From positions 3,104,001 through 3,168,000 of the forward strand of contig JBKAGP010000001.1 in assembly GCA_046290465.1 (NCBI GenBank): DNA of 64,000 nt. The letters run 5' to 3'. The notes beneath the pieces were generated by a model, which saw only the letters and a list, made by a program, of their open reading frames with translations, was not told the DNA's origin and did not search any database. The stretch is from Planctomycetota bacterium. Lineage in GTDB: Bacteria; Planctomycetota; UBA1135; UBA2386. The position numbers and the translations under genes were made by a program. This document shows, piece after piece, positions 37,503 through 53,067 of the stretch (its first letter is position 1; every line of letters begins with the position of its first letter).

Positions 37503-38663
37503 ATGCGCGCCCTCCCCGTGGCCTTCGTGCTGTCGTCGCTGGCGATCTCCGCGACGGCGCAGTCTCCCCAACTCGACCAGGCCCGATTCACCAAGCTGCA
37601 CCGACAGCTGCGCCCCGACCCCGACGCGATCTGGCGCAGCATCCCGTGGCGCATCGACCTGCTCGCCGCCCAGCGCGAGGCAGCCGAACAACGCAAGCCG
37701 CTGTTCGTCTGGGCCATGGACGGCCACCCGCTCGGCTGCACCTGAAACAACGGCGTGATCGACCGTGTGTCGACGTTCGCCAACCAGGAGATGGCCACGA
37801 TGCTGCGCACGCAGTTCGTGCCGGTCGCGATCGACCAGGCCTACGAGCGCCGGCAGCAGGACGCCGAAGGCGAGTTCTACCGCAAGTTCGCCGGGCAGGG
37901 TCCCCGCGGCGACTTCGCAGGAACGACCCAGGGGTTCTACGTGGCGACGGCGGCAGGAGACCTGCTGCTCTACAACAACAACCGCGACCCCGCGAAGGTG
38001 CTTCGCCTGGCGAAACGAGCGCGCGAGCGGTTTGCCGCGAGCCCGGCGGCGAAGGCCGAGGTCGCGTCGATCGACCACGGCCGCGTCGACGCGCGCTACG
38101 CCGTCACCCCGCCCAGCGGCGGCCTGGTCGTCCGGGTGCACGGCAAGGTGCTCGGCGGCTACGCCCCCACGGACGAACCGTTCCAGAAGGCGATGCAGCA
38201 GGCCTTGTCCCGCGACAACCTCTGGATCACGCAGGAAGAACGACAGGCGCTGCTCCGCGGCGAGCTACCGGATGCACTGATGCGTCGCCTCGCGCGCTAC
38301 CACCTCGTCGACGGGACGCGCGGCGAACCACCGATGTGGCGAGCGGACGAGGTCTTGACCCTCGACGTGCATCGCAAGGGCGACCGCGTCTCGGGTCGCA
38401 TACGCCTGGGCACCAAGGACGGCAAGCGTGGCTACGAGGCCTCCTTGCTGGGCTTCGTCGCGACCGAGGGCGAACGCGTCACGCGCTTCGACCTGGTCGT
38501 CGACGGTACGTTCCACGGCGAAGGCCGCTACACGCGAGGCGCCCCGGAAGGAGCGTTCCCATTCGCCGTCGCGTTCTCGCTGGCAGACGGCAGCGATGTC
38601 GCCGACGCGATCCCGCCACAGGGCTCACGCGGCTGGGTCGACGGTTACCTGAAGGCGCGCTGA
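37503..38663 (+). CDS. Putative selenoprotein B (thioredoxin-like, CxU; Sec at TGA 37743-37745), 386 aa, probably secreted
   Basis: ORFs 37233..37745 and 37755..38663 share a frame, joined as WAMDGHPLGCT-TGA-NNGVIDR. Signal peptide present; homologous to selenoprotein A on both sides of the TGA. Confidence 0.87.
37752..37781 (+). promoter_or_regulatory. SECIS-like hairpin of selenoprotein B
   Basis: GGCG..UCGAC[CGUGU]GUCGA..CGCC; loop starts 18 nt after UGA, G at loop position 2. Confidence 0.72.
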
Positions 38664-38681
38664 CCGGGCGTCGACGCGCCC

Positions 38682-39992
38682 CTACGCGTCGAACCCCTTC
38701 CGCGCCTCGATGTCGAGCAGCTCGTTCGCACCATCGTGATCGGTCCGCATCGTCGTCGGGTTCCAACGGATGCGCTGGCCGCGCGCGGCGCGGTAGGCGA
38801 CGTTGGCGAGCAGCACGTGCTCGGTCAGCGGCACCGCATACGAGAACGTGCAGGTCGGCTGCGACCGGCGCGCGCAGCATTCGAGCCACTCCTTGTAGTG
38901 GCCCGGCGACGACTCGATCGTCTTCGGCGGCGCGACCCATTCCTTGGCGCGCGCCTCCGGGCCGATCTGGTGCTTGCTGTAATCACTGATCAGCCACCCC
39001 TCGTCGCCGAGGAACAGTACCCCGTTGCGCCACTGCTCGAGGCCGCGCGCCTGCAGCTTCTCGGTCGGCCGGTCGCCGGTCGCGTGCCAGTGCAGCGTCA
39101 GCCCCGGGCGATCGCCGCGCGGGCCGAACTCGTATTCACAGTGCAGCGCGTCGGGTGCGCATTCGGGATCCGGCTCGGGGCCGTTCGCGACCAGCGACTT
39201 CGGCGCGTCGAGGTCGAGCGCCCAGAACGCCAGGTCGGTGAAGTGGCAGCTCATGTCGGCCGTCGTGCCGCCGCCGAACGCCCAGTAGCGACGCCAGCCG
39301 GCCGGGTGGTATCCCTTGGAATAGCTGCGCTCTCGGGCCGGACCGAGCCACTGGTCCCACTCCAGGTGCTCCGGCGCCTCGCCGGCCTCCGGCAGCTGCC
39401 TGGCCGACCAGTTGGTGCCGTTGACGAACACGACCACCTCGCGCACCGTGCCGACCGCACCGGCGCGCACCGCCTCGACGACGCGACGGTAGTTCTCGTT
39501 GGCGTGGATCTGCGTGCCCATCTGGGTCACCGCCCCATTGGCCTGCGCGGCGATCAACAGGCGCCGCGCCTGCGCGACCGTCTGCGTCAGCGGCTTCTCG
39601 CAGTAGACGTCGAGGCCGTGCTGCAGCGCGAGCATCGCCGGGTGGTAGTGTGTGTGGTCGGGCGTGCTGATCACGACGCCGTCGAGTTCCTTGCACTTTG
39701 CCGCGTCCTCGAGGATCTCGCGATAGTCGCTGCAGGTGTGCGCGTCCGGGAACTTCTCGGCCGCCTTCTTCAGATGGTTGGCGTCGATGTCACACAGCAC
39801 CCGGATGTCCTGGTCCTTGACGCCGTTGAGGTTCGCGCCGCCGCGCCCCGCCACGCCGATCACCATCAGCTTCGCCTGGTCGCGCGGGTCGCGCGCGGCG
39901 CGACGACGGAACGGGCTCGTGACCGCGGGAAGCGCGAGGCTCGAGGTCGCCGCAGCGGCGGCCCCGAGGAACGTACGACGAGTCGAAGGCAT
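38682..39992 (-). CDS. Tat-exported Gfo/Idh/MocA oxidoreductase
   Basis: TRRTFL; IGVAGRG, STPDHTH, YCEKPL, QMGTQ. Confidence 0.92.
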   Translation of the reverse strand: MPSTRRTFLGAAAAATSSLALPAVTSPFRRRAARDPRDQAKLMVIGVAGRGGANLNGVKDQDIRVLCDIDANHLKKAAEKFPDAHTCSDYREILEDAAKCKELDGVVISTPDHTHYHPAMLALQHGLDVYCEKPLTQTVAQARRLLIAAQANGAVTQMGTQIHANENYRRVVEAVRAGAVGTVREVVVFVNGTNWSARQLPEAGEAPEHLEWDQWLGPARERSYSKGYHPAGWRRYWAFGGGTTADMSCHFTDLAFWALDLDAPKSLVANGPEPDPECAPDALHCEYEFGPRGDRPGLTLHWHATGDRPTEKLQARGLEQWRNGVLFLGDEGWLISDYSKHQIGPEARAKEWVAPPKTIESSPGHYKEWLECCARRSQPTCTFSYAVPLTEHVLLANVAYRAARGQRIRWNPTTMRTDHDGANELLDIEARKGFDA

Positions 39993-40069
39993 GGCGCGGA
40001 TCATCGCGGATCCGACAAAAGCAGAACAGGGGGCTCGCGATTGCGCCCCGGCGTCCGGATCATCGAGGC

Positions 40070-40531
40070 ATGACGCAGAGCCTGCAGCAGCGCTACGCCC
40101 CGAACAACGCATGCTTCGGGTGCGGCCCGGCGAACGGTGACGGGCTGCGCATCGAGAGCTTCGTCGACGGCGACGAGGTCGTCTGCGAGTGGCAACCGGC
40201 GGCGATGCACCAGGCGTTTCCCGGCGTGCTCAACGGCGGCATCATCGGCACGCTGCTCGACTGCCACTGCAACTGGGCGGCCGCCTACCACCTGATGCTG
40301 GCGCAGGGCGTCGACGCGCCGCCGTGCACGGTGACGGCCGAGTACGGCATCAAGCTGCGTCGGCCGACGCCGGTCGACGCCCCGATCAAGCTGCGCGCAT
40401 CGCTGGCCGAACTCGACGGCAACAAGGCGCGCATCACCGGCACCCTCAGCGCCAACGGCCGCGTCACGGCCACCTGTGACGGCCTGTTCGTCGCCGTCGA
40501 GGACGGCCACCCCGCGTTCCACCGCTGGTAA
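40070..40531 (+). CDS. PaaI-family hotdog thioesterase
   Basis: CFGCGPAN..GL, PGVLNGGIIGTLLD, LRRPTP. Confidence 0.88.
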   Translation: MTQSLQQRYAPNNACFGCGPANGDGLRIESFVDGDEVVCEWQPAAMHQAFPGVLNGGIIGTLLDCHCNWAAAYHLMLAQGVDAPPCTVTAEYGIKLRRPTPVDAPIKLRASLAELDGNKARITGTLSANGRVTATCDGLFVAVEDGHPAFHRW

Positions 40532-40533
40532 CG

Positions 40534-42357
40534 ATGCTGATCGCCACCCTGACGTCGCTGCTGCTGATCGCGGGCACGGCACCCCAGCAGCCGCAGGCCG
40601 TGGGCACGGCCGAACGGATCTGCGCGCGCTTCGACGGCTTCGACATGGATCGCGACGGGCGGGTCGAGATCCGGCGTGCCCACGTCGTGCACGAAGCCGG
40701 CGACGCGGGGCCGCGGGCGCTGGTGCTGGTCGAGCCACGCCTGTGGCAGACGGGGGAGGGCCAGCGCGACCTGCGTCCGGCCGTGCGCCGGCTGGTCGAC
40801 GATCTCGCCGCCGAAGGCCACCGCGCCGCGGCGATCACGATCGACCTCGCCTTGCACGAGCGGCACCAGGACGGCCGCTACCTGCTGGCGATGCGGGAGC
40901 TGCTGCGCGCGTTCGCGGCCGACGGCGAGCTGCGCGCCGCGCTGCTGTTCGGACACTTCCCCGATGCGCTGCTGGTGCGCACCTGCAACTGGCGCAAGCG
41001 CGAGACCGTGACGCTGCGGCGCGGCACGAAGTCGGCGCAGACCTACGAAAAGGCGCACCTGCTGCGACGCGTGCCCGAACCGGTCGCCGACCGCGCCGAC
41101 CTGGTGCTCGCCGACCTCGACGGGCACTGGGAGGACGTCTACGTGCAGCCGCGCACGGCGCTGCCGCGAACGCACGTCGTGTTCGACGGTCCGATCCCGG
41201 CGCGCGGTGGCGTCTGCCGCGACCATGCGCGTGGCACCGGCACGTTCGCCGACTTCTTCCACGTGCAGGACGGCACGCTGTCGCTGCGCGAGACCTCCGA
41301 CGGCCTGGTCGCCGACCTCGACGACCGCGCCGGCGGCGGCGAGTGCAGCGAGGCCGATCGCAGCCGCCCCAACGTGATCGCGCGGCCCGACATCCTGGTC
41401 TCTCGCATCGACGCGCGCGGCACCGCGATGGCGGTCGACCCGGAGCTGACCGGCGTCGACGGCAACGGGCTGCTCGATGCCGACGGTCGCCCGCGCGCGG
41501 TCGCGTTCGCCGCCGGCAAGCCGCCGAGCTGGCGACGCATCTGGCGCTTCGACCCGGCGCTCGAACGGCAGCTGTTGGCCGAGTACCTCGACCGCAACCA
41601 CGCCTTCCGCACCGGCACCGCGGCGACCGCGTGGCGGCCGTCGTCGCTGGCCTGTGACCTGCCGTCGGGCTATCGCAACCTGGCGCGCGCCGACGATGCG
41701 TGGCTGCCGAAGGTCGCCGACCGCTCGGACCTGCGCGGCCGCACGACGCTCGTCGACGCCGCCAACTGGTTCGCGTTCCCGGCGGTGCTGCGCACGATCC
41801 GCGCCCACAGCGACCCGTGGGGCGCCGTCTTCCGCAAGCAGGGCGTCGGCGAACTGCACCAGCGGATCGGCGGCCCGGCCTGGAGCTGGTCGGCCAGCGA
41901 GGATCGGCTGGTCCCGTCGCTCCACGCGCCGTGCCGCGGCGGAAAACTCGACTGGCACCTGCTGCACACCTTGTGGCGCAACGGCGCCGTCGCCGCGGCG
42001 CCGAGCATCTACCTGCACACCGGCTGCCGCGGCATCTCGCCGCCCGACGCGCGCAAGCGTGCGTTTGACCATCCGGGCTACGGCCGCATGCAGGGCGGAG
42101 AAGCGGTGCTGCTGTTCGGCAACGGCGTCGCGCTGGTCGGGCGCGCCAAGGTCTTCTACGACGAGCCGCGCGGGTTCGCGGAGACCCTCGGAGCCGGCGG
42201 GACCGTCGGCGACGCCTGGGCGCGCTACTACGAACTCGAGTCCAGTGCGGCGAGCTGGGGCCGGGTCGGCGGCGACATCGGGCGCAAGCGCAGCTACTTC
42301 TGGAGCGTGCTCGGCGACGCCACGCTGCGGCTCCGGCCGAGCGGGCGCGGCCGCTGA
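40534..42357 (+). CDS. Secreted hypothetical protein, possibly peptidase C25 (gingipain)-like
   Basis: Signal peptide; ALLFGHFP, RAHS, HTGC, TVGDAW, VLGDATL. Confidence 0.6.
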   Translation: MLIATLTSLLLIAGTAPQQPQAVGTAERICARFDGFDMDRDGRVEIRRAHVVHEAGDAGPRALVLVEPRLWQTGEGQRDLRPAVRRLVDDLAAEGHRAAAITIDLALHERHQDGRYLLAMRELLRAFAADGELRAALLFGHFPDALLVRTCNWRKRETVTLRRGTKSAQTYEKAHLLRRVPEPVADRADLVLADLDGHWEDVYVQPRTALPRTHVVFDGPIPARGGVCRDHARGTGTFADFFHVQDGTLSLRETSDGLVADLDDRAGGGECSEADRSRPNVIARPDILVSRIDARGTAMAVDPELTGVDGNGLLDADGRPRAVAFAAGKPPSWRRIWRFDPALERQLLAEYLDRNHAFRTGTAATAWRPSSLACDLPSGYRNLARADDAWLPKVADRSDLRGRTTLVDAANWFAFPAVLRTIRAHSDPWGAVFRKQGVGELHQRIGGPAWSWSASEDRLVPSLHAPCRGGKLDWHLLHTLWRNGAVAAAPSIYLHTGCRGISPPDARKRAFDHPGYGRMQGGEAVLLFGNGVALVGRAKVFYDEPRGFAETLGAGGTVGDAWARYYELESSAASWGRVGGDIGRKRSYFWSVLGDATLRLRPSGRGR

Positions 42358-42378
42358 CGGCTGCGACTTCGGGGCCGC

Positions 42379-42407
42379 TTGGCAGCCCGCTCACGTCCGC
42401 TTAGCAT
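42379..42407 (+). promoter_or_regulatory. Sigma70-like promoter TTGGCA-N17-TAGCAT
   Basis: -35 at 42379-42384, -10 at 42402-42407, 7 nt before a long RNA stem. Confidence 0.6.
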
Positions 42408-42414
42408 TCTCGCT

Positions 42415-42560
42415 CCCGATGTGACGGTCCTGACGCCGGTTCGCCGGCGTATCGAAGCGGTCTCCCTTGCACTGCATCGGCGGGGCTGAGGTTTCTGGTT
42501 GCTGCAGCGGTGTGTGCCGCTGCGGTTTGTGTCGAGCCCCGGGGCCGCCGTCACATCGGG
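42415..42560 (+). ncRNA. Unclassified structured RNA or 5' leader (~146 nt)
   Basis: Perfect 13-bp closing stem 42415-42427/42548-42560, UUCG hairpin 42433-42450, nested stems with G-U pairs on the plus strand. Confidence 0.55.
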
Positions 42561-42572
42561 TCTCATCGCCCC

Positions 42573-43577
42573 ATGAGCTCCGCGTCGCTGCCGGCCTCTC
42601 CCCCTTCACTCGAACGGATCCAGCTGGCGCGCCGCACGCTGCTGACGCGCGTGCGCGAGACGCCGGCGTGGCAGTGGCAGGGCCACCGCATCGAGGCGGC
42701 GGCGCCGAAGGGCGCGACCATCTGGAACAAGCTCGAACTGTTCCAGCACGCCGGCTCCTTCAAGGCGCGCGGCGTGATGCTGCGCATGCTCGACCTCGAC
42801 GACGACGCACGCAGCCGCGGCGTCACCGCCGTCAGCGCCGGCAACCACGCGATGGCGGTCGCCCACGTCGCCCGGGCGCTCGGCTCGCACGCCAAGGTCG
42901 TGATGCCGAGCAACGCCAACCCGGCGCGCGTCGCCGCCTGCAGGGCGCTCGGCGCCGAGATCGAGCAGCTCGACGACATCGCACAGGCGTTCGCGCGGGT
43001 CGAGGAGATCGAACGGACCGAGGGGCGCACGTTCGTGCACCCGTTCGAGGGCGAGCACATGGCGCTCGGCGCCGGCACGCTGGGCTTCGAGTTCTTGCGT
43101 CAGGTCGGCCAGCTCGACGCGCTGATCGTACCGATCGGCGGCGGCGGTCTGGCCGCCGGCGTCGCCAACGCAGTCAAGCAGCTGCAGCCGCGGTGCCGGG
43201 TCATCGGGGTCGAGCCCGAAGGCGCTGACTCGATGCACCGCAGCTTCGCGGCCGGCTCCCCGCAGCGCATCGACCGCGTCGCGACGATCGCCGACAGCCT
43301 CGGCGCGCCGATGGCGATGCCCTACTCGTTCGCGCTGTGCCAACGGTTCGTCGACCAGCTGGTCAAGGTCGACGACGACGCCCTGTGCCGCGCGATGTGG
43401 CTGCTGTTCACCGACGCCAAGCTCGCCGTCGAACCCGCCGGCGCCGCGACCACCGCCGCAATGCTGCAGCTCGGCGACGAACTCGCCGACCAGCGCATCG
43501 GCCTGATCATCTGCGGCGCCAACATCGACGAGCAGACCTTCGCCGACTGCCTGCACCGCGGCGCCCCCAACCCCTGA
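42573..43577 (+). CDS. PLP-dependent threonine/serine dehydratase family protein
   Basis: KLELFQHAGSFKARG, SAGNHA, HPFE, PIGGGGL, VEPAGA. Confidence 0.92.
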   Translation: MSSASLPASPPSLERIQLARRTLLTRVRETPAWQWQGHRIEAAAPKGATIWNKLELFQHAGSFKARGVMLRMLDLDDDARSRGVTAVSAGNHAMAVAHVARALGSHAKVVMPSNANPARVAACRALGAEIEQLDDIAQAFARVEEIERTEGRTFVHPFEGEHMALGAGTLGFEFLRQVGQLDALIVPIGGGGLAAGVANAVKQLQPRCRVIGVEPEGADSMHRSFAAGSPQRIDRVATIADSLGAPMAMPYSFALCQRFVDQLVKVDDDALCRAMWLLFTDAKLAVEPAGAATTAAMLQLGDELADQRIGLIICGANIDEQTFADCLHRGAPNP

Positions 43578-43582
43578 CCCAA

Positions 43583-43619
43583 ACACCGCATACCGAACCG
43601 GGTTCAAGTTGCGCCACTT
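43583..43619. repeat. Second copy of repeat family B
   Basis: acaccgcataccgaaccgggttcaagttgcgccactt; between convergent genes, as at 18083. Confidence 0.85.
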
Positions 43620-43658
43620 CGGCCGGAGCCCGCTGCCGCCGCCCCGGGTCGAGAACGG

Positions 43659-49907
<6,249 letters not shown>

Positions 49908-50016
49908 GGCGAGCTGGGGGTCCTTCGGATCGATCGAGTCCTTGCTATCGACCGTAGGCGCACAAGCTACGCGCCCCCCGCCAAGAATGCGATGGCACCG
50001 ACCGTTGGCCGACGCC

Positions 50017-53000
50017 TCAGCGAACGTGCGGAACGCCGACGTCCCGATGGGACGCACGATCGGCGGTCACGTCGAGCGCGAGCCGGTAGCGACGGCCGGC
50101 CTCGCTGACGGCGGTGACCTCGACGCGGCCGAGCGGCAGCAGGGCCGGCACGCGGTAGATGCCTTCGATCGCCGCGACCTTCTGCTCGAATACGATCTCG
50201 CCGTTGCCGAGCCGCGCCTGCACCTGCAGCGCCGTCTGGTCGCCGTCGCCGGCGAACGTCAGCGCACAGATCCGGCCGACCCGCACGTCGATCGTCAGGT
50301 GCCGGCTCGCACCGGCCGTGACCGAGACCTCGGCCTCGGGGATCACCAGTTCGTCGCCAGGCGGGCCGCCGACCACGTAGACGCCGGCCGGCACCCGCGT
50401 GACGACGACCTCGTCGCCGTCGATCGCATAGTCGACGTCTTTCGTGGTCAGGTAGCGATCGCCGGTGCGCAGCCACGGCATCGGCGGCCGCGCGGTCCAC
50501 GGCCGACCGTCCGGACGTCGGTAGCGGATCCGCAGCGTCGCCTCGCGCGCCAGCACGACGTCGCCGAGGTCGAGCTGCTGCCCCTCCTGGAGTTCGACGT
50601 CGCGATGCAGCGTCACCCGGCCGGCCGCGCCCAGGCGCAGCCGGTGCCGACCCGCCCCCAGTTCGACGAACTCGAACGTGCCGTCGGCGCCGACGCCCGG
50701 CTCCTCGAACACCGGCGAGTCCGGCATCATCCCCCACGCATCCCGCACCGGCTGCCCCTGGCCGTCGACCACCCGCCCGCGCACCAGCGCGCCCGGCAAC
50801 CGCTCGGCCGGCACCGTCAGCGTCGCCAGCTGCCCAGGCGTGGCCCGGACCGTCGCCACCGGCGCATCGTGCACGTCGGCCTCGTCGCGATGCAGGCGCA
50901 CCGTGTGCTCCGACCCCGCGACTCCCCACAGCGACGCCTGCCCCGTGTCCCGCACCTTCGCCGTGCGCACGCCGGCCGAGGTGTCGACCGCGACGACCCA
51001 ACCGACCAGCGAACGGCCGCTCGACGTCTGCACCGCGACGCGCAGCGGCGGCAGGTCGTCGAGCACGAGGTCGACGCGCATCTCGAGGCCGTCGCGTCCT
51101 TCGAAGCTGCGGCTGACCTTCTCCCGCGTCGCGTTGCGCATCGCAGCGAGTTCGAACGGGCGGTCCTCGACTCCTTCGAAGCGGAACGAACCGTCGGCGC
51201 CCGACAGCAGCGGCATCGACGTTCCATCGCCGTAGGTCAACCAGACGTAGAGGCCGCTGCGCGGCGCGCCGTCGCTGCCGCGCACGTAGCCGTAGAGGGC
51301 CGCGCGACGCCGCACCACCAGCGCGACCTGCGCCGTCGCACCGCCACGCACGTCCGCCAGCGCATTGGCCGGCGCGTCCGGCAGTTGGCGCGCGACGCAG
51401 GAGTGCAGACCCTCGGGCAGACCGTCGATCCGGAACCGCCCGTCGCCATCGCTGAAGGCGATCGCCGGCAAGCGTGGCCCGATCAACGTGCCGTCCGCAT
51501 CCCTTCGCAGTCGATCGACCTGGTCCTGCACGGCGACGGCAACGCCCGCCAACGGATTGCCGTCCTGGTCGGTGACCCGCCCGGCGATCGCTCCGGGAGC
51601 GCTGCCGAGCCGCAGCACGATCTCGCCGTCGCCGAGCTGCTGGACGGGGTGGGACTCGGAGGCGACGAAGCCGGGCTTGCGCGCGGCCACGTATTCTTCG
51701 AGCGGGGCGTGGTGCAGCGAGAACCGCCCCTGCTGGTCGCTGCGCGCAGCCAGCCGCACCAGGTGCGGCGGCCGCGAGTAGTCGCCGACCCGGTTGCCGA
51801 CCCACAGCTCGGCGCCCGCGACGGCCGCGCCGCGCGCGTCGACGACGCGGCCGCGGACCTCACCGCCGAGCGTGACGTGGATTTCGACGCTCTGCCGGCC
51901 GCCGCCCTCGATCGTGCACGCGCGAGGTTCGCCGAGCCGGAGGCCACCGGCATACACCGCGAAGCGCCAGACCCCGACCGCGAGGTCGTCGAACGCGACC
52001 GCGCCGTCGTCGTCGGTGCTCGCGCGCAGCAGGCGGCCGTCGAGCGGACCGTCGCCGCGTTCGCCCTGCCACGCCTCCACCAGCACGCCGACCATCGCGA
52101 CGCCGCTGCCGGCCATCGAGACGACCTCGGTGAGCATCGGCCCCACCACGTGCGCCCGATCGGCGCGAACCACGACCCGCGCGCCACCGACCGCGGCCCC
52201 GACCTCGTCGCGCACCGCCTCGGCCGCACCGGGCGCCGTCGCATCGCCGCCCGCATGCCGCAGCGCATCGTCGCCATCGAGGTCGCCGCGCGCGGTGGCC
52301 ACCTCGGCCGCGTCGTCGCCGCCCGGCGCGACCGCGTCGTCCGGCGGCGTCACCGCCCACCAGACCAACAGCGCCGCCGCCAACGCACAGATCCCCAGCA
52401 ACACCTTCTTCATCGCGAGCCCTCCGAACGTCACCGCGCCGACGGTCGCCGTCGCCGCAGCCTGTGCCGCGGCTGCGGCCATCACCTTCGCCTTGACCGC
52501 GGCCAGCCCGCGTGGCGCCAGCGCGGCCACCGCGAGGGTCCAGACCGACGCCGGCAGCACGCGCCGCAGCGCAGCCAGCCCACGATGGATCCGCATGCGC
52601 ACGGTGCCCGGCGCCGCGCCGACCACCTCGGCGATCTCCGCCGGCTGCAGGCCGTGCTGCAGCTGCAGCAGCAGCGCCTGCCGCTGCTCGTCCGGCAGCG
52701 CGTCGACGTGCGTTCGCAGCTGCGCGACCAGGTCGCGCCGCTCGGCCTCGTCGCCGGCCGCAGCGACCAGGTCGTCGGGCAGACCGGCGCCGCGCCGCCG
52801 CCCTTCGCGGCGACGCAGGTTGTTGGCCTCGCCGGTCAGGATGCCGGACAGCCAGGCCGACACCGTGCCGTCCGCTTCGAACGTCGCGGCCTTGCGCATC
52901 GCGACCACGAACGTCGCCTGCAGCGCGTCCTCGGCGTCGGCGGCGTTGCCGGTCAGATGCATCGCCACCCGCAGCAACTCTGGCGACACCGCGTCGAACA

Positions 53001-53067
53001 GCCGCCCGAGCGCGTCCAGGTCACCCTGGTCGCGGTAGCGGAGGAACGAGGCGGTGCGCGGATCCAT
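50017..53067 (-). CDS. ECF sigma factor fused via TM to carboxypeptidase-regulatory-like repeats
   Basis: DAEDALQATF, WLSGI, AEIAEVVG..GTVRMRIHRGL; TM; repeated G.V.D..G.P..G units. Confidence 0.88.
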   Translation of the reverse strand: MDPRTASFLRYRDQGDLDALGRLFDAVSPELLRVAMHLTGNAADAEDALQATFVVAMRKAATFEADGTVSAWLSGILTGEANNLRRREGRRRGAGLPDDLVAAAGDEAERRDLVAQLRTHVDALPDEQRQALLLQLQHGLQPAEIAEVVGAAPGTVRMRIHRGLAALRRVLPASVWTLAVAALAPRGLAAVKAKVMAAAAAQAAATATVGAVTFGGLAMKKVLLGICALAAALLVWWAVTPPDDAVAPGGDDAAEVATARGDLDGDDALRHAGGDATAPGAAEAVRDEVGAAVGGARVVVRADRAHVVGPMLTEVVSMAGSGVAMVGVLVEAWQGERGDGPLDGRLLRASTDDDGAVAFDDLAVGVWRFAVYAGGLRLGEPRACTIEGGGRQSVEIHVTLGGEVRGRVVDARGAAVAGAELWVGNRVGDYSRPPHLVRLAARSDQQGRFSLHHAPLEEYVAARKPGFVASESHPVQQLGDGEIVLRLGSAPGAIAGRVTDQDGNPLAGVAVAVQDQVDRLRRDADGTLIGPRLPAIAFSDGDGRFRIDGLPEGLHSCVARQLPDAPANALADVRGGATAQVALVVRRRAALYGYVRGSDGAPRSGLYVWLTYGDGTSMPLLSGADGSFRFEGVEDRPFELAAMRNATREKVSRSFEGRDGLEMRVDLVLDDLPPLRVAVQTSSGRSLVGWVVAVDTSAGVRTAKVRDTGQASLWGVAGSEHTVRLHRDEADVHDAPVATVRATPGQLATLTVPAERLPGALVRGRVVDGQGQPVRDAWGMMPDSPVFEEPGVGADGTFEFVELGAGRHRLRLGAAGRVTLHRDVELQEGQQLDLGDVVLAREATLRIRYRRPDGRPWTARPPMPWLRTGDRYLTTKDVDYAIDGDEVVVTRVPAGVYVVGGPPGDELVIPEAEVSVTAGASRHLTIDVRVGRICALTFAGDGDQTALQVQARLGNGEIVFEQKVAAIEGIYRVPALLPLGRVEVTAVSEAGRRYRLALDVTADRASHRDVGVPHVR

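Noticed and set aside
37743..37745. Genome-wide UGA reassignment (genetic code 4 or 25)
   Set aside because: Many genes here end properly at TGA (pilB, cutC, leuS) and Trp is encoded by TGG.
42415..42560. tRNA-Sec, tmRNA, SRP RNA or hammerhead ribozyme
   Set aside because: No UCA anticodon arm or CCA end, no SRP GGAA/AGCAG motif; CUGACGC...GAAG does not match the CUGANGA/GAAA core.
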